Shown: one piece after another, positions 24,568 to 37,200 of the stretch
How the letters are laid out: each line of letters begins with the position of its first letter
Numbering within the stretch: position 1 is the stretch's first letter
Origin: Antedon mediterranea
Lineage: Eukaryota > Animalia > Echinodermata
DNA: 64,000 nucleotides
Direction of reading: 5' to 3'
Assembly: GCF_964355755.1 (NCBI RefSeq)
Contig: NC_092679.1
Span: forward strand, 23,667,432-23,731,431
Position numbers and translations under genes: made by a program
Notes under the pieces: model-generated
Told to the model about the DNA's origin: nothing
The model's input: only the letters and a program-made list of their open reading frames with translations
Databases searched by the model: none

Positions 24568-25934
24568 AAAATATTAATCATGCCACCAAGAAGAGCGCGC
24601 GAAAGCGTAGCCAACAAGGTTAAAGGTTGTTGAGCGTGTGCAGTAAACAATATATTAGGCACGCGACCGTTTCGTTGTTAACGACGGTTGAAAGTGATTG
24701 AGAGTGATTTCTTTCTTTATTCATCCAAAAAAAAAAACAACACATAAACATAACATTATAATATAAAATATTAAAATAATTGGATAAAAAGGAAGAAGAG
24801 AAAAGGCAACTTCATGCCTATCAAGCTCTACTCCCTGTATAACTAAAAGATTTCAATCTATATATAAATTTACGTAAGGGCAAAATTCGGTAAATCGCGC
24901 CTTACTTTTAGAATTTTTACTCGATGGTATGTAAAGTTGGTTCGTACTTTCGGTACTGATTTTAACCACCTGATGTAACCCTGTTTACTAATTAAATTAA
25001 GTTAGATAATTAGTTATTGACGATTAAAAGGAATTTAAGTTCAACGATTTGCCCCAAATAGGGGTGTTTTTCGATCGTGGTATACACTGTCTAATGGATG
25101 TCCGTCTTGAAAAATACCCGCAGACGATAATACGAGGATGCTTCGCATTTTCCTATCTCCTCCTACGATAATTGTTTTTAATGGCTGAAAACCGGTTGAA
25201 CAGCTCGAGTACAGCATCATAATGTTGAAGACAGGCCGATTTTCTTTAAAAAATACTATTTTGATAGATTTAATATAGGTTTATACAAATGTATTGATTT
25301 GCGTTGAATGGAACATTCCAATCTCTGTTCCACAAGTGTCTATTCCCTCAGGCGTCGTAAAGGCAAGTACTGTATACTCATAACAGAAATTCGATCCATT
25401 TTTTTTTCAATCTGTGCTGCAGAGGTTGGATATAATTTTTTTTTTAACGGATAAAGAGCTAGCGTTTTCACTCGCCGTATATTATGTATAAATCTTTAGT
25501 ATTGCAGATAAACCACCCACATCATCACCCTTCCCTCACTGGCATGAGTAGCGTTGTAAAACCAGTAGAGGAAAGGCCTACGGTACATCACATGCCCTAA
25601 ACGCAGAACAACTTTGGTGGGTAGGGTAGGAACCAACTTAAGTATGAATTGGCTCTAGGAAACAATTGAAAACCATTAGGCCTACTAATTAAGTTGAGTT
25701 AGATAATTTAATATTTATTGACGATTAAATCGAATTTATGATTTTCCCCGAATAGAGGTGGTTTTCACAAATTGTTTTACATTATATAAACATATACACG
25801 TCGTAGTGATGTATCGTTACATGTAGGGGCTACTGTACTATTTCAATCGACTAGGACGGTGATAGTTTCAACAAAGTATTACATCGCAATGTTTTACTGT
25901 GTTTAGTGGTATATTATTTGTAAAACATGAAAAC

Positions 25935-26260
25935 AATAATAATAATAATAATAATAATAATAACTGGTACTTGATATAGCGCATTATGCTGAAAGCCTCA
26001 ATGCGCTTTACAAAGACAGAACAATTTAGAAATTTACAAATTAAAAAGTGGGTTCTTGAGGAGAGATTTGAAGACACTGGTGGAAGTAGCCTGACGGATT
26101 TCAATAGGCAACGCATTCCATAGAGAAACGGATGCCGAAGAAAATGAACGATTTCCATGAAACTTAGTGGAAGGATGAAATATATGGGCAAGAAGAGACT
26201 CAGATCTAGATCTCAGAGACCGCTTAGGAACATAAGGTTGAATAAGTTCAATTAATATTT
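25935..26260 (-). mobile_element. 3' fragment of an L2-clade LINE
   Basis: Encodes YVPKRSLRS...GNRSFSSASVSLWNALPIEIR...FKSLLK; 3' stem-loop GCGCATT...AATGCGC followed by a (TAT)n tail. Confidence 0.8.
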
Positions 26261-26587
26261 CGTTACTAAATGGATAAAGAATAATATTTAAAAATTTTTC
26301 CTCTTTGCACCCATCCTCTTCCCCATCCCTCAACCCTAATGTTACATACAAAACACAAATCAAGTTTGTTTAAAATTGACTTAAACAATTGGTCTCATTT
26401 TGTGACAAGTTTCTCTTTCGGAAGTAATTCCCATGGTGCTAATTTTAGTTGAGTACATAAATTACAGTGTCTATTTATTCGTTCCTGTAAACGACATGTA
26501 TTATTGTCCTGCGGTACGTACATTTGAAATCGCCAGTTTTTTAACGCTGAAATTATTATGTATTCGAGAACCATCTGTGGGCACGAC

Positions 26588-26624
26588 CTAGATGGTACGC
26601 GAGCGAAGCGAGCGTACCATCTAG
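26588..26624. repeat. Long hairpin CTAGATGGTACGC...GCGTACCATCTAG, Helitron/Helentron-type terminus
   Basis: 13-bp perfect inverted arms around GAGCGAAGCGA. Confidence 0.4.
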
Positions 26625-27204
26625 TTTTATTCAAATCAAACAAATCATATTATGATAGAATTTAATTACTAATAAATAATAGTATAATAGTAATAATAAT
26701 AATAGATGTATATATATATAACATATATAAATTATACTGTAAATTATATACACATACATACACACACACATATCATTCCGTTTTAATTGTTAATTAAACT
26801 GTGTTTATTTTGTAACATTGTGGTCGGTCCACGCTCTGTCGACTAGAGTCATGGAAACTTTGATCTCATACTGATGCATATCCTTCTATTCCTTAAATCC
26901 ATGGTTAAATCAAATAATAACAGTGATTTCAATCTTATCTTATATAGAATAGATTTTCTCGCGCATAAATATACGTACGGTTATTATTGTGAGTTGAGCA
27001 AGCGTGACAAACATTACCTTATTTGGTATTCTACGCGTAAAGTGCGCCCTCAATTTGTTACTGTACGTGGTTTTAGCTAAGATTGTTTTATAGCAATGGA
27101 CTAACAGGGGTGGCTTTAGTAAAACCATCTATCCGCGGCCGATAAAGCCGGCTTACGGCTTAAATCATATTCAATGATAAATGCCTACGTTGACAGCCAA
27201 AACG

Positions 27205-30200
27205 GAAACATTGCTTATTGAATACATACATCTCAAATGATACAATCTAACCGTGCAGGTAAAAGAGGCGGGGGAGTTGCCCTTTAAATTTCAGATGAAC
27301 TAAATTTCAAAATCAGAAGTGATATAAATTTACCAACAAACTAAAATTATGATTCGTTATTTATTGAAATAGAATCTATTACCAAAAATAGCATTGTTGG
27401 TATTATCTATAGGCCTCCCAATAGCTCTTTTTAACCATTCATAAACAACATTTCTAACTGCATTGATTCAATAACAAAGGAAAAAAAAACAATTATTTGT
27501 CTGTGATGACTTTAACCTAGACCTTATAAAACACTCAACCCATAACTACACGAATGAATTCTTAAACACCATGTACTCAGCATCTTTATATCCTCTAATT
27601 GACAAACCAACTAGAATAACCACTAAAACATCTACACTTAGTGATAATATTTTTACAAATGTACTTGACCAAAAAATAACTCCTGGTATTCTTTTTAACG
27701 ACATTACTGATCACTTTCCAGTATTCCAAATCCTAAACAATTCCCATTCAAATCAAATAAAAAATTTAAAATGTAACAAAAAACATTACTCAAGAAAGAT
27801 AAACCAAGAAAATATAGCATCTCTAGGGATTAACTTAATGAACACGAACTGGGACGTGTCTACCAAAATAACTCTGCAAATGAATCCTACAATATTTTTC
27901 TCGACAGATTTTCTTCACTATACGATACTCACCTCCCAAAGACAAGAACTAAAATTAACAAACGTAAACTTTGTAAACCATGGATAACAAAAGGTATAAT
28001 CAAATCTATAAACACTAGAAATAAATTATATAAAAAATATATAAAAACACCAAATATGATTAATAAAACCAATTACATTACTTACAGAAATAAACTCACA
28101 CGACTAATAAGAACATCATGTAAGCAACACTATACAAATAACGACTATAAAAATAACATTAAAAAAACCTGGAATATAATTAATAACATTCTCTGTAAAA
28201 ACACCACAAAGACGCTACCTAGTTATTTTACAGATAATGGTACAAAAATTACTGACCCATCTCAAATTGCCAATAAATTCAATCGCTATTTTACTGATAT
28301 TGGACCTAAACCTTCTTCTAAAATTTCGGCTACTCATGGCAACTTTACTGATTATCTAAGGAATCCCACTCAAAATTCAATTTTCTTCCAACCTACATCT
28401 GGTAAAGAGATTCTTGAAATAATTTCTAATCTAAAAAACAGTAAAAGTGCTGGCCTTGATGATATTGAACCCACGATTATTAAAGAAATTGGACCTTTTA
28501 TTACCAGACCCCTTACCCACATTTTTAATCTATCACTAACTAATGGTGTATTTCCATCATCCTTAAAAATCGCCAAAGTAATTCCTATTCATAAAAAAAA
28601 TGATTCCCATTCCTTTGAAAACTACCGTCCAATCTCAATTTTGCCTTGCTTTTCTAAAATACTCGAACGCCTTATATACAATAGACTTTACAACTTTCTT
28701 TCTTCACATAAATCTTTTCATGATAACCAATATGGCTTCAGACCAAAACATTCTACCGATCTTGCAATCCTTGACATTCAAAGTAAAATCCCTAACGCCT
28801 TATCTAAAAATCACCATACTATTGGCTTATTTTTGGACTTGTCTAAAGCATTTGACACTATTAACCACACAATTCTTTTAACTAAACTTAGTCACTATGG
28901 TATCCGTGGAACTCCTCTATCTCTACTCTCTAACTATCTCCAAAACAGACAACAAATCACCTCTTTCGGCTCCTACTCCTCAGAAGTTCTTCCCATAACA
29001 TGCGGTGTGCCCCAAGGATCAATTCTTGGTCCTCTACTTTTTCTCATCTATGTCAACGACATCATCAACGCTTCCAACTCTTTTGAATACGTCCTGTTTG
29101 CCGACGACACGAACATTTTTTCCTCCCATCCTGACTACAACACCTTAACTAGAATTTTTAATAAGGAAATAAAACATATATCTCACTGGCTTAAACTTAA
29201 TAGACTCTCACTAAATATAAACAAAACTGAATATATACACTTTTCTCCAAATAGAACATGCAATGACAATCAAAACACAATCCATATAGAAAACACTCCT
29301 ATCAAAAGGGTTACTTATTCTCAGTTCCTTGGTGTAACTATAGATGATAACTTAAACTGGAAAACCCATATAACAAATATAGCTAATAAAATTTCAAAAA
29401 ACATCGGTGTCTTAAAAAAACTTAAATATATTCTACCCTCTAATATCCTCTTTTCTTTATATAACACATTAATTTTACCTTATCTATCTTATTGTAACAT
29501 TGCTTGGGGAATTACAGATACTAAAAATAAAACTCTCTGTCCATGGGCTTCCACACATATTTCTAAATTAGACAAACTCTTTAAACTCCAAAAACGGGCT
29601 ATTCGCATTTGTACCAATTCTCACTATATAGCCGGCCCACACAAAGTCCCTTTTCTTTAAACTTAATACCCTAAACATCTTCGATATTAACAAATTACAA
29701 ATCGCCACATTCATGCACAGATACTCAAACAATCAACTTCCAAATATTTTCAAACATTTCTTCATCAAAAATAATGAATTTCACAACTACAATACAAGAA
29801 ACGCCAACAATTACGCCACAATAAATTTAACCCATAACACAATCCGGAATTCTATCAAATACCATGGTCCTCTAGTATGGAATAATTTAAGTCAATCCTT
29901 ACTAAATACTAATAACTTAAATACATTCAAATCCAAATATAAACAATTCCTTTTATCACAATACAGATCGTATTAATAAAATGTTTTCATCAAACTTTTT
30001 TTTTTGTCTCACCTCCTGCAAGTATATATGATAGTACATATACTATACCCTTTACGTTTGTCCTCTTGTTGTGTTTGTATTGTCCTGTAGCGTAATTGTG
30101 TATAAAAAAATAAAAATAAATATATATATATATATATAATATTATTTCTACTACTTTAATTAATATTTAGTTATTGTCTATTGTAATTGATACAATTATT

Positions 30201-30345
30201 AGTGTATTTTGTACTGGTGAAACCAGGCTTAAAGCTCTATATTGAGCTTATTTGGTCTTTTCCAGGCTTTACATTTTTTTATTTAATACTTATTATGTAA
30301 AAATATTAAGTTTGATGCATTGTGAAATAAAAACGAACGAACGAA
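27205..30345 (+). mobile_element. 5'-truncated CR1/L2-group (Crack-like) LINE, decayed
   Basis: APE remnants (RGGGVAL, IYRPPN, PTRIT, DNIFTN, TDHFP) with stops. RT ORF 28056-29660 contains YRPISIL, DLSKAFD, GVPQGSILGP and FADD. A frameshifted C-terminus lies at 29713-29976, followed by AATAAA and an (ACGA)n tail. Confidence 0.92.
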
Positions 30346-30719
30346 GTCTCTCTTCTCCCAGACGTGCTTTGTGATTTGAGCGTGCCCAGCCTGAGTTTAA
30401 AATTCCCATTTTGTCAGCTTCCGTAAATTATAAGCTTCCGCGCAGTTGCATAATGCCTCCGTCCTCTTGAATATAACTCCTAAAGGCGCGGCGCGAAAAT
30501 ACTTCACAGCGCCCTCTACAAACGCTAGTTGATTGTGCATACATTGTATTGTGCAACGATATATAGGCCTACGGTGGTAAAACTATAGAGGTAAAATTAA
30601 GCCTTCGGCTTCTAGATATTTGGAAACAAATAATTAAAAAACAAATAATTAAAAATCAATTCAAAGCAGACTCACAGAATGACTATTATGTATCATAGGA
30701 AAATACTACAGCATATCCT

Positions 30720-30800
30720 GTTTTACATGGGGTGCCTGTATCGGTTAGGTTAAGGGTTAGGTTATAGGGTTTATGATACAGGCGTCCCATGCTGTATAAC
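30720..30800. mobile_element. Short MITE with inverted arms around GGTTAG repeats
   Basis: CATGGGGTGCCTGTATC ... GATACAGGCGTCCCATG flanking GGTTAGGTTAAGGGTTAGG. Confidence 0.45.
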
Positions 30801-31965
30801 GAAAATGTCATTTAAGATACAGGTTAAAGTTTTATACAGTTACAGTTTTTAATTGGTGTTTAAATAATACATGATTGAGTTGACCTTAATTAGATACTTA
30901 ATAGTTTTAATATCTCTATTCTATTTGAATACAGAAAACAAAGGATGGACACGAAAATCGGTTTTGGGGTTAATATACCCATGGAAGATTTAAATTAATT
31001 GTAATTTCACTCTTCCTTGATATGTCCGAATTAAATTCATAAGTATTCATAACCTCCGCAAGAGAGATTAAGGGCCTATTTACATACATTTGTATTTACA
31101 TTTATTACATAATTACATTTACATAAACAATTATTATAATTTACGGGACTTTGTATAATTTACAGGGCTTCCATTTGAATACAGAAAACAAAGGATGGAC
31201 ACAAAAATCGTTGCCATAGCAACTGTTATAAGAACAGACCGAAAACATGATTGTTTCGACAATGTTAAAGGTAAACATTTCTGTACTGAAAACGAAATAA
31301 ACTGAATTATTGTAGTTCCATTACTTTTAGTTTTAAAGCAGATCTATCCTTTAACTGTTTGTAACATACATTGAGTTTTCTTTCCAATTTAGTTTATCAT
31401 CGATAGTTTTACAATTTATAATGTTTGACAATTTCTACTTTATTCATAACAGTCAACTGAATAAATTTCTAAAATCAATATTTCTTTAGTTTTCATTACA
31501 TTCAACCTTTATTAATTGTTGTTATCAAAGTATACATGTAGAAAAACGACCAACATTTAAATCAAAGTAGAGAACTGAGTAGAGTTTCTGCAGATTTCAC
31601 GTGCACAAGCCTAAAACTCACAAAAACTATTGTTTATTATCGATATAACTTAAACTGCACGTGTTGCTAAAAGTGTAGCTTAAGCAAAATAGGTATGAGA
31701 TCACCCCAGTTTGCCTTCATGAGTTTCTGTGTTTGTTTGTCTATGTGTTAGCAAGATTAAGTCAAAACTACTAAACTTGATCCTTCGGATCTGTTTATTC
31801 TGAACCTATTACCTCAGCTTGACAAAATTAAAACGCTTACTAATATGTGTTCCGCAATCTCACCCCAATTGGCAAGATAACGATAATTAAGACTTTAATA
31901 GTGCCCATGTGCTTACTTTTTTGTTTACTGTGATAACCAATCCACCTATATCATTTTTTAAAACA

Positions 31966-32128
31966 TTAGATAACATTCATTTGGAATCGCAAACCGGATA
32001 AAATAAAGAGAAAACTAATTATAAATACAATAGAAAAGGAAACAGAAAGTATCATGGGTAAAACGATTTCTAGATGAAGATAACCGTGGTCGTTGGAAAG
32101 GCATATGGCAGGAGTTTTTAAACCCGGC
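31966..32128 (-). CDS. Candidate terminal exon encoding a single transmembrane helix (PGLKTPAIC...IVLPMILSVSFSIVFIISFLFILSGLRFQMNVI*)
   Basis: Follows a CCCCCAG acceptor and encodes about 23 hydrophobic residues before a stop. It could complete the signal-peptide gene at 33821, but the intervening exon chain is unresolved and hydrophobic ORFs arise easily in AT-rich DNA. Confidence 0.25.
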
Positions 32129-32612
32129 TGGGGGTAATTTGATTTGATATTGTAATATATCACATAATGACTCAATTCTCAATAAAATAAGTGACTTTGT
32201 TTGTATATCAAGTAATTAAATGTTGGCACTCTGTTAATTATAAGCAAATAAATGATGTTGTAATGTTCCACAATGAAACATTACGGTTTAACAGTCATAT
32301 TACAATACAAGGTGAACAGTTTTTTTATAAAATGCTATAATGATAGTGGTATAACAGTAGTTAAATATATGATTTGCTATGATAACGGAAGTATGCTGTC
32401 TTATGAACAGTTTCATATTAAATATGATACACGTGTGGATTTTTTGACATACCATAGTATAATTGTAGCTATTCCTAAAATACGGAGAGAGGCCATGCAA
32501 TCTAAGACCTATGATTGTTAAAACAAAAAAATGAAGTAATAATTATAGCATCGAATTTGGGTATTATGTAAGCTGTGTATATATGATTTTTTTTTTAAAC
32601 TGAAAAAAAAAA

Positions 32613-32727
32613 CTTAAAGATGTGTTTACCCCCCAAAAAACATGAACAATTAAGATGTATGCAATTTATAGCCTTCTGGTATTTTAAATGTAGGTTAATC
32701 ACCAAAATGTTCAGGGGGACAATTTAA
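32613..32727. mobile_element. Degenerate mini-copy of the Kolobok-type family
   Basis: TTAAAGATGTGTTTACCCCCCAAAAAACATGAA ... TGTTCAGGGGGACAAT resembles both ends of 3053-5897. Confidence 0.5.
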
Positions 32728-33763
32728 TATTTCTTTATTATCTTTATTGACCATAAATTTTGCCATTGTTAAATTACTTAGAACAATGCATTGTTAATTG
32801 CAGAATTTGATATTTATATTTATATTGTGTGTGTTTTACCGCTCCGTCGGTCCTGTTTTTGGTACCATGAAGTATGAAATAAATAATAATAAAAAAAATA
32901 AAATAATACATATATGGAATAATATTTTCAATTCGAATAAACGATAAATTAAAACAAACGCTTGTATACGGTATTCGCCTATTATGATTATCTCTGTCCG
33001 TATACTATAGATCGTGGGGTTATTTATTTCAACATTTATTTACAATAATCAACAATTTATATAAGACCATTTAGTGATTAAAATCAGAAGTTATAAAAAA
33101 ATAAACAAAAAAACAACTACTAAACGGTTTTTGACCGAATATTCACCAGATATCAATAGATACGTGATCTACGCGCTATTTTTTTAAATAACATAGGCCT
33201 AATTCATCTTAAATCATAAATACACCATATTTATCAACACATTTTGAGTGAATTCTATCAATACCGGTACACGTTGTGATGTGAATAAAATTAAAACTAC
33301 AGTATTCAATGATATCGATCGGACTAACTCATTTTAATAGACAATCTAACTTGACTGAGTAACAAAAGGGTTATTTATTTTGAAATGTTATTGTGTACAG
33401 AAAATAATTTATTTGTAAATGCATTGGTAGTGTCTCAGAGTTTACCACTGAATACATTACACAATAGACACGGATGAACGCGTTAGTTTTGTTACTGTTA
33501 TGATGATCAAACGCATTCGATAATGGCATTGCGACGGCAAGAAATTCAACTTTTAACTTCAATTTTATCAGTTTTTGAAAGAATTAAGCTTTGGAATTTA
33601 TAATATACCATAATAATCAAGGCATGTGGCTACTCTCTGGTGGTAGGATTTGTCTGGTAGCCTTGGTATCTGGTGGTATCTTGTGACGTTTAGTAGGACT
33701 CATCTAAATCAGCTATCAACTTATATTAGGCCTATGATTAAATTTTAAAAATAACAGTCATAC

Positions 33764-33821
33764 CTGAACAGATAGAAAACGGCAAAACGGCCAATATCAC
33801 AAGGATTTGAAAGATGAACAT
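33764..33821 (-). CDS. Candidate first coding exon (signal peptide MFIFQILVILAVLPFSICS-G) of an unidentified secreted or membrane protein gene downstream of calpain A
   Basis: ATG in AAAAAGATG context, 19 mostly hydrophobic codons, then a phase-1 donor (CAG|GTATGA). TATAAA lies on the minus strand at 33917-33922. A conserved paralogous copy is at 50884-50941. Confidence 0.55.
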
Positions 33822-33916
33822 CTTTTTACACAATTCTGTATAAACGCTAAACTTTACCTACGACAGTTCGTGACTGTGTCCGGTTAATAATAAAATACTG
33901 TAGTTTTTTTTTTACC

Positions 33917-33922
33917 TTTATA
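33917..33922 (-). promoter_or_regulatory. Putative TATA box for the signal-peptide exon
   Basis: TATAAA on the minus strand about 95 nt upstream of the ATG, retained in the otherwise diverged paralogous flank (51032-51037). Confidence 0.35.
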
Positions 33923-34277
33923 TCACACATAATTGTATTCTTACAGTGGGATGTGTCAATTACGCATCACGGGTCATTTAGCTTTTTGTAAACATTTTGA
34001 GAATTTTTGACCCGCGACTTTTTTGACTGATCGCATTATTGCTCGCCGTCTATTAACGGCTATTATTTAAAGTGTTTATTTGTAGACCTACTGTGCACTA
34101 TCGTATCTATATCGATCAGATTGGTATTGTTATAGTTTTAATAATAGTTTTTGTAATACTCGCTGCACTTGGTTACGCCAGTAGTTCAGTACATAAGATG
34201 TAGAATTAAAATAAAAACTATGCTATATTTATTTATATATTCTGGTGTTTTAAACTTGCTGTTACTTCTTTCCGAGA

Positions 34278-37200
34278 TTAAAGCTTGGCACATATTTCGA
34301 GCAACTGAAAAAAAAAGAATAACCATTTGACTGTAATTCCAGATCTTCCGAAAGCTACAAGTTGGTTTGATTCGACAAAGATTCGAATCAGATTATGTAA
34401 ATTTGAATACTTTTTTTTCATTCATTTAATTGAATTTTGACTTTTAAATCGTTTGTATACGAACTGTATTATACAAAAAATAATATAAATTAAATTCAGT
34501 GAAATACAAAACAACCAACCAACCTAAGAGAGCAGTAAACCTACTGTGTACAGTTCATTCCAAGTTTTATATAATTTAGATTTTGCAATGCATACTTTAG
34601 CACCAGTTATTGACTACTTTTGAACAGTCTACAGATATTATGTATATTTCTAATACATTCTATTGGAATTGTACAATGCCTAGGTTGTTTGATGCGTAAA
34701 TCATTAGTTATTCTAACACATTCTAAAGGAGTCATAGCCCTTCACTACATTGTACCTTTAATGCTATACATTATATTATTCATTATTAGTTTACTATTAC
34801 TTACGTCTTCAAGTGTAAATGTCAGAGATTTCTCATTTGTTCCACCGAGCTTCTCAAATTTTCCTGCATAATAAAAAGATGGTAGAATTTTGATGGATGA
34901 ATGTGGATGGATGGATGGATGATTGAAGGATGGATGGACGATTGAAGGATGGATGAGGATGGATGGATTGAAGGGATGAGGATGGATGATGAATAAATGA
35001 ATGGATGGATGGATGATGATGATGATAAGGATGGATGGATGGATGATGTATGATGATGGATGGATGATGATGTATATATGATGCTGGATGGATGATGATG
35101 TATGCACGATGATAGATGGATAATGATGTATGGATGATGATGGATGGATGATGATTGATGGATGATGATGGATGGATGATGATGGATGGATGAATGGAAG
35201 GGATGAGGATGGATGATGGATGGATGGATGATGAATGGATGGATGGATGGATGGATGATGATGGATGGATGGATGGTGAATGGATTATGGATGATGGATG
35301 GATGATGATGATGGATGGATGATGATGATGGATGTATGATGATAGATGGATGATGATGGATGGATGATAAATGGATGATGGATTATGGATTATAATGAAT
35401 TATGATGGATGATATTATGGACAATGATGGATGATGGATAATGATAGATGTATGATGATGGATGGATGATGAATGGATGATGATAATAAGGAATGATGGA
35501 TGATGATGAATAAAATGATGGATGATAATGGATATTGATTGATGGTAATAGACAATGATGGATGATGAGGATGATAATGATGATGGATGAATGATGATGT
35601 ATGGGTGATGGATTGATGAATGGATGAATAATGGAAGTTGATAATTAATTTCAATTAAAATCTATTGCAAACCAATCGTAATCATCTAGGATGGAGCTAG
35701 TAACACTGTTATGCGTGGGTAATTTGTGAATGACGTAGTACCTACACGAGCCTAGATAGGAAGATCTGTACTGTCGTTTATTGCGAGAGGAGAGGGAAGT
35801 CCGGTAATGTGGAATGACAATGTAACAAGCCAGAGATGAAATAAAATCACGAATAAATTTAGCTGATTGCCGTTGTGTTAGTCGTTGTCAGAAAAGTAAT
35901 GACCGACATAACATATATATTTCTCATGTGTAGTAGTGTTTCTTTGATTGAATAATTTTGTTTGTATTATAACAGCTCATTTTGGATTTTCAGTAAATTA
36001 TCTAACGGCAAAGTTAAGCTTACCAAATTCAACACTGTAACTAATCCCTCACTATTCAATTATTATATTATTATACTATAAAATGGATTGCGTCATACGA
36101 ACATTGATTGACAGTAAAACGTAACAAAGATACGTTCTAGTCTGGTTATTAGGTATCCATGCAGTGATGATGCGGAGGGTTATTTTTGTAGTGTTCTATT
36201 TAAAATAAATTTGTTTACAAAGAAATATTTTGGTTGTAAAAGTCGTTAAATTCGTTGACGTCAGCATTACTTCTTTTACGAATTTGAACAATTAAACTAC
36301 AAAAAATTCAACAATGAATGATGCATCGAAACTCTGTAACTAATCATGCCTTCACACATGAACTTTGCGTAAAAAGAAATTAAAAGACGAAATAAATATT
36401 CAATCCTTTTCCTTATGCATATTGCCAAAGCTAATAATTGATTTGTCCATAATGATTGCGTTTGCCGGGGGTTTTCCATAATTTAAGACCAAATCATAAT
36501 GGTACGTATAGTTTTGTATTCCGTGTAGTACCCTATTTATCTTCATTTTTGTACGTCCGTAAATATTAGGCCGAACTTTGAAATAACCGTGTTATAGCGT
36601 TAACAGAGCAAAGTTTGCTTAAATCCATCCATCAGATCAATTCCATCCATTTCATACATATCATCCCACCAATCGTAATCATCGATGGAGCTAGTAACAC
36701 TGTTATGCGTGGGTAATTTGTGAATGACTTAGTACATACACGGGCCTAGATAGGGAAGATCATGTAACTAGTAACACTGTTATGCGTGGGTAATTTGTGA
36801 ATGACTTAGTACATACACGGGCCTAGATAGGGAAGATCATGTAACTAGTAACACTGTTATGCGTGGGTAATTTGTGAATGACGTAGTACATACACGGGCC
36901 TAGATAGAGAAGATATGTACTGCCGTTCATTGCGAGAGGAGGAGGAAGTCCGGTAATGTGGAATGACAATGTAACAAGCCAGAGATGAAATAAAATCACG
37001 AATACATTTAGCTGATTGGCGTTGTGTTAGTCGTCGTCAGAAAAGTAATGACCGACATAACATATATATTTCTCATGTGTAGTAGAGTGTTTCTTTGATT
37101 GAATAATTTTGTTTGTATTATAACAGCAAGTTCATTTTGGATTTTCAGTAAATTGAAAAATCTGACGGCAAAGTTGTTAAGCTTACCAATAGTTGATTTA

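Noticed and set aside
30745-30770. Telomere-like GGTTAG repeats
   Set aside because: Only 3-4 imperfect units inside a MITE; not a telomeric array.
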